58,211 nt of DNA from a virus: IMG/VR virus record IMGVR_UViG_3300029763_000003, one strand, 5' to 3'. The translations under genes and the position numbers were made by a program. Shown here in pieces: positions 7,356-15,515 of the stretch (position 1 is the stretch's first letter; each line of letters starts with the position of its first letter). The notes under the pieces are model-generated. The model was not told where the DNA came from. It worked only from the letters and a program-made list of their open reading frames with translations, and made no database searches.

Positions 7356-7438
7356 GAAGGGAGATAGAGAGATAGATAGATAATAATAGGGGGTTATAGG
7401 GGGGAAGAAGAAGGAAGGAAGAGAGGAAGATTGGTATG
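7353..7438 (+). other. 86-nt stretch with no C on the plus strand; purine-rich GA/GGA tract.
   Basis: No c occurs between 7352 and 7439. Sequence: ggaagggagatagagagatagatagataataatagggggttataggggggaagaagaaggaaggaagagaggaagattggtatg. Confidence 0.85.
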
Positions 7439-7660
7439 CGAACGCATCATGTGCATCCACTTGCATGCAAACGCATCACGCTTATAGTCGTAGCCATATT
7501 AGCCCAACCGCCACTTGATCGTGACGGTTTCTGCTCAAAATCAGACTTTGCCGTTTTCTCTAGATAAATAACAGACGAAAAAAAACACGGAATAGTCGCA
7601 GAGGGTAGTTTTACTACCTGATACCATTCCATGCTTTTCATTCCATTTGTTAATTGGTGA

Positions 7661-7969
7661 TTATAGCGGAGATTTGAATTCTGCTGTCTGCTTGCATCTT
7701 GCTGCTTGCATCTTGCGCATACGCTCCGCAGCCGCTTCTTTTTGTTCGTCCGTCATAATTCTTGTGGTTGCAAACCGAACCAGTCGCTTGGGCATCTCAT
7801 ACCACTTACCGTCCTTGTCCTGTTTGACCAGCTTGTACGATGCAGGCTCACGTTCGCACAGCTTGTCAAGCTTGCGCATATACACCGGGTCAGCGGTATA
7901 AACCGATGCAGTATCTTCCGCTGCATTGAAGTTGACGATGGTCTCTTGTTCCAGTCGAGTGATGTTCAT
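7661..7969 (-). CDS. Hypothetical protein (102 aa), last gene of the early operon.
   Basis: GGAGGAAAA RBS before the ATG at 7969. Confidence 0.55.
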   Translation of the reverse strand: MNITRLEQETIVNFNAAEDTASVYTADPVYMRKLDKLCEREPASYKLVKQDKDGKWYEMPKRLVRFATTRIMTDEQKEAAAERMRKMQAARCKQTAEFKSPL

Positions 7970-8109
7970 AATCGTTTTCCTCCGTTTGTTGATTGATAAA
8001 AAATATTTATTGGGTTCAGACGGTAACTTTATCGCCCAGACCATGTTATCTGTTTTTCTTGCCTATTCTACCGTGAAGATACGAGCGCAGAAACGATGCT
8101 AGGCTACTA

Positions 8110-8385
8110 TCACTCAATCGCTTCGTATGTTTTCTCGAAAATGTCAGGTTTACACGGGTAGATTTCGCCATTTACGCCACGAATGATATAATCGCCAGTC
8201 CTAGCAATCATAGTCCCTTCGAGCGTTTTAATCTCGCACCACGCAGGGTCATCGTGAAACTTTCCGAAATCATGCGTGATAATCTCATTGCTACTTACTG
8301 CATTCCAGAACCAATCTTCTCCAACAAGGCCTCGTGCATTAAGTTTGAATGCCTCGATAACAACTGGCTTCTTGCGGTATTTCAT
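8110..8385 (-). CDS. Hypothetical protein (91 aa).
   Basis: GAGAGGAGAA RBS before the ATG at 8385. Confidence 0.55.
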   Translation of the reverse strand: MKYRKKPVVIEAFKLNARGLVGEDWFWNAVSSNEIITHDFGKFHDDPAWCEIKTLEGTMIARTGDYIIRGVNGEIYPCKPDIFEKTYEAIE

Positions 8386-8401
8386 GTTTATTCTCCTCTC
8401 G

Positions 8402-9625
8402 TTACATCCACACGCATTCTTTGAACTGCTGAGTTTCCATCTGGAACGTGATGTCCAGCGACCCCACGTTGCCCTCTTTGTTCTTCTCAAGCGCAAAGTG
8501 ATAATGCGGCTCTGGTCGCTTTTTTGTGGTCACGTTCTGCGCCAGCAGGATAATTGCATCTGCGTCCTGCTCGATTTGCCCGGATTCTCGCAAGTCTGCG
8601 GCGGTCGGTGGGATGCCTGCTCTTGCGGTCTCTCGATTGAGCTGCGCAAGGGCTACCACCAGCGTTCCCGTGGACTGTGCGAACTCATGTAGTGCCATGC
8701 TGATCTCCGTAACGGCACTGTATCGGTCTTTCGCTCCGGCTTGATGGATAAGCTGCAAATAGTCAATGAAAACCACTTTAGCTTGCATCCTGATGGACTG
8801 CGTTCTAATCCACCCAACGCTCTTACCAGCGGCAGAGCGGACGAATAGCGGATATTTCTTGATAGCCGCCAGCCGGTCAAGCTCGTTAATGTTGACGGTC
8901 TTGTTCTTGACCGTGTGCAGCGGTACGCCTAGCTGGTTTGCGATAATACGAGCATAGAGCGTGTCCGGGTCGGTCTCTAGGCTGAAATACGCCACCTTGC
9001 GTCCGTTTTTTGCTATTTCACAGGCAAGTTGCAAGGACAGAGCTGTTTTACCGGCAGATGGTCTGCCGCCGATCACAACGAAGTTGCCCGGCACAAGATG
9101 CAAGTTGTTGTCCAACACTCTAAGCCCTGTGCTGATATACTCCGGCTTATCATCTAGCTTGCGGATGTAATTGTCTATGCCGTCACACATCGGGATGAAA
9201 TCGCTTCTCTCGTTGTGCAGGTTTATAGCTTCGCCTAGCTGCTCATAAATGCCTGTCAGGTCTGCATATCTGGTCGAGCCATCAACGATTTTGAATGCAA
9301 TCTCTCTGGCTCTGGACAATGCCGCCTTTTCCTTGACGATTCCAGCCCATCCAAGCATCATGTCGTGAGTGACGTTGCGGATGAACTCTGCACCGAAGGC
9401 ATCCAGACATTCACCCATTGCTTTCTTGCAGTTATCGTACCGCCCCATGACTTCTACCGGGTTCCACTTGTCGTTGTGTTCCCAATAGCCACAAATGGCA
9501 GCGAATGTATCACGCAGTTCAGGGCAGAAATCGTCGATTTTAAGGTCTTGCAGCACATCGGCATATTCCGAGAACGTGAGGACTGCCCCCAGCAGGATGT
9601 ATTGGGTCTGATTTTCAATATTCAC
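8402..9625 (-). CDS. dnaB: Replicative DNA helicase (DnaB family).
   Basis: Walker A IGGRPSAGKTALSLQLA. Also FSLET...VVFIDYLQLI and LAQLNRE... motifs. 407 aa; GTG start overlaps the upstream stop (GTGA). Confidence 0.85.
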   Translation of the reverse strand: MNIENQTQYILLGAVLTFSEYADVLQDLKIDDFCPELRDTFAAICGYWEHNDKWNPVEVMGRYDNCKKAMGECLDAFGAEFIRNVTHDMMLGWAGIVKEKAALSRAREIAFKIVDGSTRYADLTGIYEQLGEAINLHNERSDFIPMCDGIDNYIRKLDDKPEYISTGLRVLDNNLHLVPGNFVVIGGRPSAGKTALSLQLACEIAKNGRKVAYFSLETDPDTLYARIIANQLGVPLHTVKNKTVNINELDRLAAIKKYPLFVRSAAGKSVGWIRTQSIRMQAKVVFIDYLQLIHQAGAKDRYSAVTEISMALHEFAQSTGTLVVALAQLNRETARAGIPPTAADLRESGQIEQDADAIILLAQNVTTKKRPEPHYHFALEKNKEGNVGSLDITFQMETQQFKECVWM

Positions 9626-10302
9626 CGCAGAAAGTCTCCCTCGTCAGGCAATTCAGCCATTGTCTGCTGATAGCCACCGTTCCAGTCCTTCACGTTACGC
9701 ATCCAGTTCCGTGCAGCAGCCTTCCAGTCTTTCATAGGCGATTTGCCAACTTTCCAGCCATTTGCCGTGAAGTGGTCAACAAACCGCTCTGCTTCTGATT
9801 CCATGTAGCCTTTATCCGCAAAGTATTCTTTGGCTTGCTCGACAGTCGGTGCTTTGAAGCGTTTTACTTCGTTGGCATTTTTCTTTTCACATTTTTCTTT
9901 TTTGTCAGATTCAGATACAGAATCAGATACAGATAAGCTACCATTCGTATCAGTTGGTATGTTTGGTATACCATTTATACCATTCGTATCCTGTGATACC
10001 ATTGGTATGCTTTCGTATTTTTTATCGTTCCAACGCTTGTTTATATTTTTCTTGTTTGCTTCTCGTCTACGTCTATCACGTTCTTCCATCTTCTGCACGT
10101 TCATATCATCAAACGCCTTAACGACTTTCCAGAGCATCCGCATAGCACGATCGTTGTCGTATGCTGGCTCAAGTCCAGTCTCAACATACTGTGCATAGTT
10201 GCGGACGAACGCTCCCAATTCCTCGTCTGTCAGCTCGTCCATCGCATGAACGTGTTCCAACAGAAGAATCATTGATGTTCTCGGCTTGTGTTCCTGCTCC
10301 AT
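9622..10302 (-). CDS. Replication protein (replisome-organizer/DnaD-like).
   Basis: It lies immediately upstream of dnaB and is translationally coupled to it. The C-terminus FKAPTVEQAKEYFADKGY..AERFVDHFTANGWKVGKSPMKDWKAAARNW is typical of phage replication organizers (from memory). Confidence 0.5.
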   Translation of the reverse strand: MEQEHKPRTSMILLLEHVHAMDELTDEELGAFVRNYAQYVETGLEPAYDNDRAMRMLWKVVKAFDDMNVQKMEERDRRRREANKKNINKRWNDKKYESIPMVSQDTNGINGIPNIPTDTNGSLSVSDSVSESDKKEKCEKKNANEVKRFKAPTVEQAKEYFADKGYMESEAERFVDHFTANGWKVGKSPMKDWKAAARNWMRNVKDWNGGYQQTMAELPDEGDFLR

Positions 10303-10304
10303 TT

Positions 10305-10535
10305 TCAGTCCTCTTTGTAGCGTTTGTTCCATGCTTCGATAAGGTCGGCTTTAATTCTTTCTTTATCCTTTTCGGAGCAATCAAACCAATACTCCCCACT
10401 TTCCATAAAAACACGGCAAGTGCATTTGTTTTCTCCGTGCGCTCTCGAAATAAACATCCATTTCTTTACATCAGTCCCTGTTTCTGCAATAGCCACTTCC
10501 CCACCGCAGAACGGACATCTCTTGAGTTCTTCCAT
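10305..10535 (-). CDS. Lar-family-like zinc-ribbon protein (candidate for restriction alleviation).
   Basis: The N-terminus LKRCPFCGGEVAI and the 76-aa size resemble the Lar family (from memory). Confidence 0.45.
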   Translation of the reverse strand: MEELKRCPFCGGEVAIAETGTDVKKWMFISRAHGENKCTCRVFMESGEYWFDCSEKDKERIKADLIEAWNKRYKED

Positions 10536-10547
10536 TTTTAATTCTCC

Positions 10548-10829
10548 TTAAACCGGGCACTCAGCGTCAGATTCACGCAGCCAACCTTCGCCCGGAATAT
10601 TGACTATCTCATAATATTGCCGCGCAACGTAGATTGTTTTCTGCCCATCCTCAGCAATCAGACCGACAATCAGATAGTTACCAGCTGCCATAAAGAACCA
10701 AGGGTTGCTCTTATAGGTTTCGCCCTTCATCCAATTCTTCATTCTATTCACGGCTTTTTCAATGTCCTTGTCGGGGCAGTCTGGGTTTTCGTATGCAAAG
10801 AAATCCTCAGGAAATTCAAGCTTTTTCAC
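10548..10829 (-). CDS. Hypothetical protein (93 aa).
   Basis: GTG start overlaps the upstream stop (GTGA); RBS GAGGGA. Confidence 0.5.
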   Translation of the reverse strand: MKKLEFPEDFFAYENPDCPDKDIEKAVNRMKNWMKGETYKSNPWFFMAAGNYLIVGLIAEDGQKTIYVARQYYEIVNIPGEGWLRESDAECPV

Positions 10830-11290
10830 TTTCTAAATCCCTCTCTCGTTCTCATAATTCGCTTGTGGCCTTCATGTAGTTTTGCGCCTTTACGGTATAC
10901 AGGTCGATTGTGCTTCTGCTTGATGTAACCACACCGCGTTTCGGATTGTCTGATAGCATTTGCAAGCTGTTCAATTGATGCAGCACATCGGTTCATCGCT
11001 TCTGTTAACGCTTCAAATCCATCCATATTTAGTCCTCCGTAGGTGGTTCTGGCATATTTGCCCCAGTGCGTCACTTGTGCGTACTTTTCGCCAAACTCGC
11101 TTTTCTCGAAATTGTAGTAGCCTTCGTAGGTATCAGCCCAGCATCGACCCTTCCAAACCGCCTCAAATACTTCTGGTTTGTCTCCAATAAGGGTTTTAAG
11201 GGTTTGAATTGAAACAAGCACCGCATTGCAATCGTTAGGTGGAAGCCCTTCTTTTTCAATGGAGTGCCAAATCACTTCGCTTTCACTCAT
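10826..11290 (-). CDS. Hypothetical protein with a DUF551-like N-terminus.
   Basis: RBS GGAGGA. Pattern WHSIEKEGLPP...THW. Confidence 0.5.
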   Translation of the reverse strand: MSESEVIWHSIEKEGLPPNDCNAVLVSIQTLKTLIGDKPEVFEAVWKGRCWADTYEGYYNFEKSEFGEKYAQVTHWGKYARTTYGGLNMDGFEALTEAMNRCAASIEQLANAIRQSETRCGYIKQKHNRPVYRKGAKLHEGHKRIMRTREGFRK

Positions 11291-11299
11291 ATTGTCCTC

Positions 11300-11533
11300 C
11301 TACACCATCGGAAACGCCATCCAATGCGTCACCGTTACATTTTTCGGCAATCTCTCACCTATCTCATCCCAGAATTGACCATCTGCGTAACAGCCTAGAA
11401 AGTATGCTGTCGGCGAGATTCCTTGCAACATTTTTCCATCCTTATCACGCCACGTTGTCTTAGTCGCAAGCAACAAAGGCTGCGTCCGCTTTCGTGGCGG
11501 TTCGCTTGCTGGATACCAAAGGGTGTTAGCCAT
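11300..11533 (-). CDS. DUF551-like protein.
   Basis: ATG at 11533 follows AAGAGGTGA. Pattern WYPASEPP...THWMAFP. Confidence 0.5.
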   Translation of the reverse strand: MANTLWYPASEPPRKRTQPLLLATKTTWRDKDGKMLQGISPTAYFLGCYADGQFWDEIGERLPKNVTVTHWMAFPMV

Positions 11534-11538
11534 CTCTA

Positions 11539-11736
11539 TCACCTCTTATATTTGACGCACAGCAGATAAAAGCCAATAGCAAAAGCAATCATATGCGCTA
11601 ATGCTTCAATAGCCATTCCGTATATAGACGTTCCTCCAGCAATCATCCATGCAAAATACTCAAATGTGCAGACGTTAACAATAACCACCATTCCAACAAA
11701 AATTGAAAGCAAAACGCCCATCAAAACGTCACTCAT
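11539..11736 (-). CDS. Small membrane protein (65 aa, 2 TM).
   Basis: RBS GGGAGAA. Hydrophobic segments GVLLSIFVGMVVIV and AHMIAFAIGFYLL. Confidence 0.5.
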   Translation of the reverse strand: MSDVLMGVLLSIFVGMVVIVNVCTFEYFAWMIAGGTSIYGMAIEALAHMIAFAIGFYLLCVKYKR

Positions 11737-12196
11737 TGCTTTTTCTCCCTTCAATCTCCTTGCAAACCGCCTTGTAGAACGCATCCCACGTTTCGCAGTC
11801 GCAGGAATCGTCAAAGTCAAAGCCTGTCCGCTTGCGCTCTGCAATGTCACGCTCAAAGCAATCAAGCGTCTTGTCGGTCAGCTCCGGCAAAAGCGGTGTG
11901 ATGTGTCCGCAGACAAGGCTAGGCATATATGACCGTCTGCCCAAGCAGTAGCGGACAGCGCAGTTGCAGACCGCTCCGAAATCGTCATTGGTGGGGTCAA
12001 TTAACGTAGACTTTAAGTCAGATGCGTTGCATTTTAGATAGTCTGCTACAATTTCAAGTTCTCGCTCGCCAAGAATCCTGTAGCCAAGCTCTACATTTGC
12101 AATGTAGTTTGAACCATGACCGAGTTGTTTTGCAAGTTCTTGTCGAGTTACGGAAAGCTCATATCTTCGCTTCCTGATTTTCTCCCCTGTTGTCAT
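11729..12196 (-). CDS. XRE-family HTH protein with a Cys-rich C-terminal domain.
   Basis: GEKIRKRRYELSVTRQELAKQLGHGSNYIANVELG is an HTH_3 pattern. RBS GGGAGAA. Confidence 0.6.
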   Translation of the reverse strand: MTTGEKIRKRRYELSVTRQELAKQLGHGSNYIANVELGYRILGERELEIVADYLKCNASDLKSTLIDPTNDDFGAVCNCAVRYCLGRRSYMPSLVCGHITPLLPELTDKTLDCFERDIAERKRTGFDFDDSCDCETWDAFYKAVCKEIEGRKSNE

Positions 12197-12425
12197 CTTT
12201 GTTCTCCCATTCTTTGCATCCACGTTCGTCCAACACGAAGTCTGCAACGTGTTCTGACTGGTCGTTCACACACACGCCCTCTGGCTCTGCGTACCATTTG
12301 CAAGAGCCACAGGACGGCTCTGATTTGTTCTCACAGGATTCTGCTGTGCATCGGATAGCTTTTCCAGCAGAGAACTGCTTGATGCCCATGCAAGAGCAAT
12401 GTTCGGTGGTGCAGTAAACATCCAT
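12159..12425 (-). CDS. Cys-rich hypothetical protein (88 aa).
   Basis: TAATG overlap with the upstream gene. Confidence 0.5.
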   Translation of the reverse strand: MDVYCTTEHCSCMGIKQFSAGKAIRCTAESCENKSEPSCGSCKWYAEPEGVCVNDQSEHVADFVLDERGCKEWENKDDNRGENQEAKI

Positions 12426-12634
12426 TATCTCTGCCCTCTCTTTCTCCTTCTGTTGGCATTGAACCGTCCAATCACTCGCTTATACTCCTCATAGCACTCC
12501 GGGCACAGGTCGCCTGTGTCCCTGCGCCACGCCCAGTCCTTGAAGTATTCGTCGGGGTTCATCATCCTGCCGCCCAGAACTGCTCCGCAGCGGTCACACA
12601 CTCGCTTGTGGTAGATTCCTCTGTCAGTTTGCAT
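12425..12634 (-). CDS. Zinc-ribbon hypothetical protein (69 aa).
   Basis: CDRCG...CPEC motifs. Confidence 0.45.
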   Translation of the reverse strand: MQTDRGIYHKRVCDRCGAVLGGRMMNPDEYFKDWAWRRDTGDLCPECYEEYKRVIGRFNANRRRKRGQR

Positions 12635-12824
12635 CAGATTCGCCTGCTTTCTTTTTAGATGCGCGTTTTTTCTTTGGGTTTTCAATCTGTTGCGGAATAG
12701 AATCAATCAGCTTCTTGAACTTCTGCATAGTTTGATATTCAGTCAAACCAAACATAAACTGCGCTAGTTCTAACGGCGTTCCAACCTGTTCTGAACGACC
12801 GTCAGGATATGTAATGATTTTCAT
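12624..12824 (-). CDS. Hypothetical protein (66 aa).
   Basis: ATGA overlap with the upstream stop. Confidence 0.45.
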   Translation of the reverse strand: MKIITYPDGRSEQVGTPLELAQFMFGLTEYQTMQKFKKLIDSIPQQIENPKKKRASKKKAGESDAN

Positions 12825-13606
12825 TGCTCGTTCTCCCCAACATCCTTGAACAGGATTTCCTTGTAAGCTTCCCAGTCTTTGATTTTGCACGGAATATCTG
12901 TGCCGGGTACGGTCTTTTTCAAACCATCCATCTGCCAAACATTCCATGAGATGATGTCTGTGATACAGTCAAGGGACATAGGCATACAGCCGATTTCCAA
13001 CCTTTTACCATCAAACCGATACCTGAAATTTTCAATCAGCGTCAGGAACAGGTTGCACCTTGCCAGCAAGAGGTTGTCTCCCTGCCACTCATAGCCGTAT
13101 GTCGATGCGTAGGCACTGATTGCCCAGCACATCCACATATCGTAGTCATGGAACTGCTCTGCCAAAACATTCAGCTTTCTATCCAGCAGACCGATTCTGT
13201 CCGGCACGGCAATCATTTGTCCTGTCGTGGTATCGTATCGGCTTGTGAGGAACGGCGCTTCTCCACAGGTGACTTCAAGACAAGTCTTGTTGATGTACTC
13301 TTTCCAGTCCTCGCCTACCAAGTCTTTCTCTGCAACGTCTGCCATCTTCTTGCAAACCCAAGTCGGCGTGAACACCTCAGCTTTCTTGCTGGTGCGCTTC
13401 TTCTGGTCTGCAATCCGTTTCTGCACACGAGGGACAAACTGAACTTTTTCCAACTGTTCCAGCGTGATTTCATCTGCAAAGCCCACGCCTAGTTCAGGCG
13501 GCGGGTCTGTCGCCCAGATAATGTTCTTGCCTGTCGTGTGGTCTTGCAAGAGGACAGGAAGGAATGTGCGTAGGCAGGGGTCGGAAAAGTCAATCAAAGT
13601 TCCCAT
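12821..13606 (-). CDS. DNA-methyltransferase-like protein with degenerate motifs. Function unclear.
   Basis: AEVFTPTWVCKKM resembles the TaqI/Eco57I-type G-x-V-x-TP motif, and CLEVTCGEAPFL resembles a degenerate LEPxCGxGxFL motif I. There is no NPPY; only DPPPE near the N-terminus. Confidence 0.35.
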   Translation of the reverse strand: MGTLIDFSDPCLRTFLPVLLQDHTTGKNIIWATDPPPELGVGFADEITLEQLEKVQFVPRVQKRIADQKKRTSKKAEVFTPTWVCKKMADVAEKDLVGEDWKEYINKTCLEVTCGEAPFLTSRYDTTTGQMIAVPDRIGLLDRKLNVLAEQFHDYDMWMCWAISAYASTYGYEWQGDNLLLARCNLFLTLIENFRYRFDGKRLEIGCMPMSLDCITDIISWNVWQMDGLKKTVPGTDIPCKIKDWEAYKEILFKDVGENEQ

Positions 13607-13788
13607 TTGTCAGCCCTCACCATGATTTTGTTCTTCTCTTTCAGCCAGTCCTTGACGCAATGAAAGCAATGCTCACGGTTCTGGCAACGCTCCGGGTCAC
13701 GATGTTTGATAAGCTCACAGATGCCCCGCGTAAAGTTTTCTGTAATATCTTCGTCCGTCATAGAGCGGATAAAATCGCCGTTAGTCAT
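13594..13788 (-). CDS. Hypothetical protein (64 aa).
   Basis: RBS AAAGAGGAAAA. Confidence 0.5.
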   Translation of the reverse strand: MTNGDFIRSMTDEDITENFTRGICELIKHRDPERCQNREHCFHCVKDWLKEKNKIMVRADKWEL

Positions 13789-13812
13789 GTTTTTTCCTCT
13801 TTATGTTCCCCG

Positions 13813-14676
13813 TCAATCGGCTTTTGTTACAACTGTATCTGCTCCATTGACAGTAACCCATCCATGCTTCAGTCTGGCTTCAGCTTCTTTCATCTGAATC
13901 AGTTCGGGAGTGATGGATTCCGACACGATACGATTCGATTCTGCTTCTGCCTGTGCTTCGATCACTTTCACATCGGCCTCCGTCTGAGCCTTCACCTTGT
14001 CCGTCTCAGCCTGTGCAAGAGCAGTCTGCTTGTTCAGCTCAGCGATCTCAGCGTCCTGCTTTGCTTGTTCTTTCGCTCTAATCTTTTCGGTCAGGGTGTC
14101 ATCCAGCTCTACGTCAATCACGAGGGCACTTGAAACGTTGATTCCGTATTCATTGGTAAGCTTTTCGTTCAAATAATTTGTGATTGCGTTGTTTACTTCC
14201 GTTTTCTTTTCAGAATAAATATCCATTACAGAAAACTGGGGCGTTACCTCCTTGACGTAGGCGATAATGCTGTTCTGGATGCGGCTTTCCACAAGCGTTT
14301 CGCCATCCATTCCGTTAAAACGGCTGTAGAGTTCAACAACACGATCTGGAATGAAGTTATAATTTACGGTAAGGTTTACTCCAACCATTCCACCGCTTGC
14401 AGGAGCATCAATATGCCAATCTGCGTGTTCTTTTGCGTTATAATCTGCCGGGTCATCCGAAAAAATAAGTTGCTGCTGACTGATAGGGAACTTGCTAACG
14501 TGCTTCATGGGAGAAAGAAAGTGCCAACCCTGTGACAAGGTGTTCTGCTCAACACCTCGTGCTGAATAAACAACTCCAACATAACCAACAGGTACTCTCT
14601 CCAAACACAGCAAAAGAACCACTGCAACAAAAAATGCTGCTACCACAGAAGAAATAATAGTTGCTACTTTTTTCAT
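13813..14676 (-). CDS. SPFH/Band-7 (prohibitin/stomatin-like) membrane protein.
   Basis: N-terminal TM VVAAFFVAVVLLLCL, then ERVPVGYVGVVYS...QGWHFLSP and a C-terminal A/E/K/Q coiled coil. This is the typical SPFH architecture. Confidence 0.8.
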   Translation of the reverse strand: MKKVATIISSVVAAFFVAVVLLLCLERVPVGYVGVVYSARGVEQNTLSQGWHFLSPMKHVSKFPISQQQLIFSDDPADYNAKEHADWHIDAPASGGMVGVNLTVNYNFIPDRVVELYSRFNGMDGETLVESRIQNSIIAYVKEVTPQFSVMDIYSEKKTEVNNAITNYLNEKLTNEYGINVSSALVIDVELDDTLTEKIRAKEQAKQDAEIAELNKQTALAQAETDKVKAQTEADVKVIEAQAEAESNRIVSESITPELIQMKEAEARLKHGWVTVNGADTVVTKAD

Positions 14677-14756
14677 GTTTTACTCCTTATCGTTAAAATT
14701 GTTGATAATCAAAAAAGCAACCGCCCAAGATAACAAAAAGAAAGCAATAAGTTCTT

Positions 14757-15509
14757 TCACCTCTCTGTCACCTCTCTGTACTCCACGTCAATCCCTTTTG
14801 GCAAAGCCGTCTGGTACTTCTGAGCCAACTGTTCTGCGCTCTGGGCATCACCCAACGGCTGTTCAGGCGGTGCAACGGTGACTTCCACGTTGTCACGCAT
14901 ACCAAAGTAGTTCTTGGCCCGGAAAATCCACTCTGCCGGGTTCTCCTGACCGTACATACCGTTGTACGCCCACATGGACTGCATTTGCAGAATCAGTTTC
15001 AGGATGTACTTCTGTTGTAAGCTGTCGTCACGACGCTTGCCCGCCATAATTTGCTTCAAGCTCACCCATTCGATGCCCAGAACCAGTGCAATCCATTCCA
15101 CCACAGGGGAAATTCTAGCTTCGATGCAAGCGTCAAAAAAGAAGTCAAGGCGCTGCTGCACTTCAATTGGGTTGTTCATGTCCACGCTCGGAAGGTCGCC
15201 AAAATACTTGGCTGCAATCATGCCGATGACCTTCTTGTCCTCTTCATCACCGATTCTCGACTGCAAATCGCCTGTGTTCATCATCTTCGACCTCGTGATT
15301 GCCAACTCCTGTTGCTCTTTCACCTTTTTACTTACCTGTGAGCGGATAGATTTCCGCTTGTTAAGCATCTGTTGTTTCTTCTTCTCACGCTCTTTTTCAC
15401 GCTTCGCAGCGGCTTCTTCTTTCGCCTTTTGCGCCCGCTTCTCACGCTTTTTCTTTTCAGCTTCGGTCAGCGGCGGTCTGCCACGACCACGCTTTGGGGG
15501 GGTTGCCAA
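14757..15509 (-). CDS. terS: Terminase small subunit-like protein with an N-terminal AT-hook.
   Basis: KRGRGRPP AT-hook. The C-terminal LDFFFDACIE...ISPVVEWIALVLGI...WIFRAKNYFGMRDN matches the Terminase_2-type F.LKN.FGW.D signature (from memory). TTG start with a GAGGTGA RBS. Confidence 0.6.
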   Translation of the reverse strand: MATPPKRGRGRPPLTEAEKKKREKRAQKAKEEAAAKREKEREKKKQQMLNKRKSIRSQVSKKVKEQQELAITRSKMMNTGDLQSRIGDEEDKKVIGMIAAKYFGDLPSVDMNNPIEVQQRLDFFFDACIEARISPVVEWIALVLGIEWVSLKQIMAGKRRDDSLQQKYILKLILQMQSMWAYNGMYGQENPAEWIFRAKNYFGMRDNVEVTVAPPEQPLGDAQSAEQLAQKYQTALPKGIDVEYREVTER

Positions 15510-15515
15510 GAGTTA

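Noticed and set aside
7436-7567. 43-codon plus-strand ORF (MRTHHVHPLACKRITLIVV...) inside the origin-like region.
   Set aside because: It is embedded in repeats (ACGCATCA, ATAGTCG), it is the only plus-strand ORF in the region, and its context is weak.
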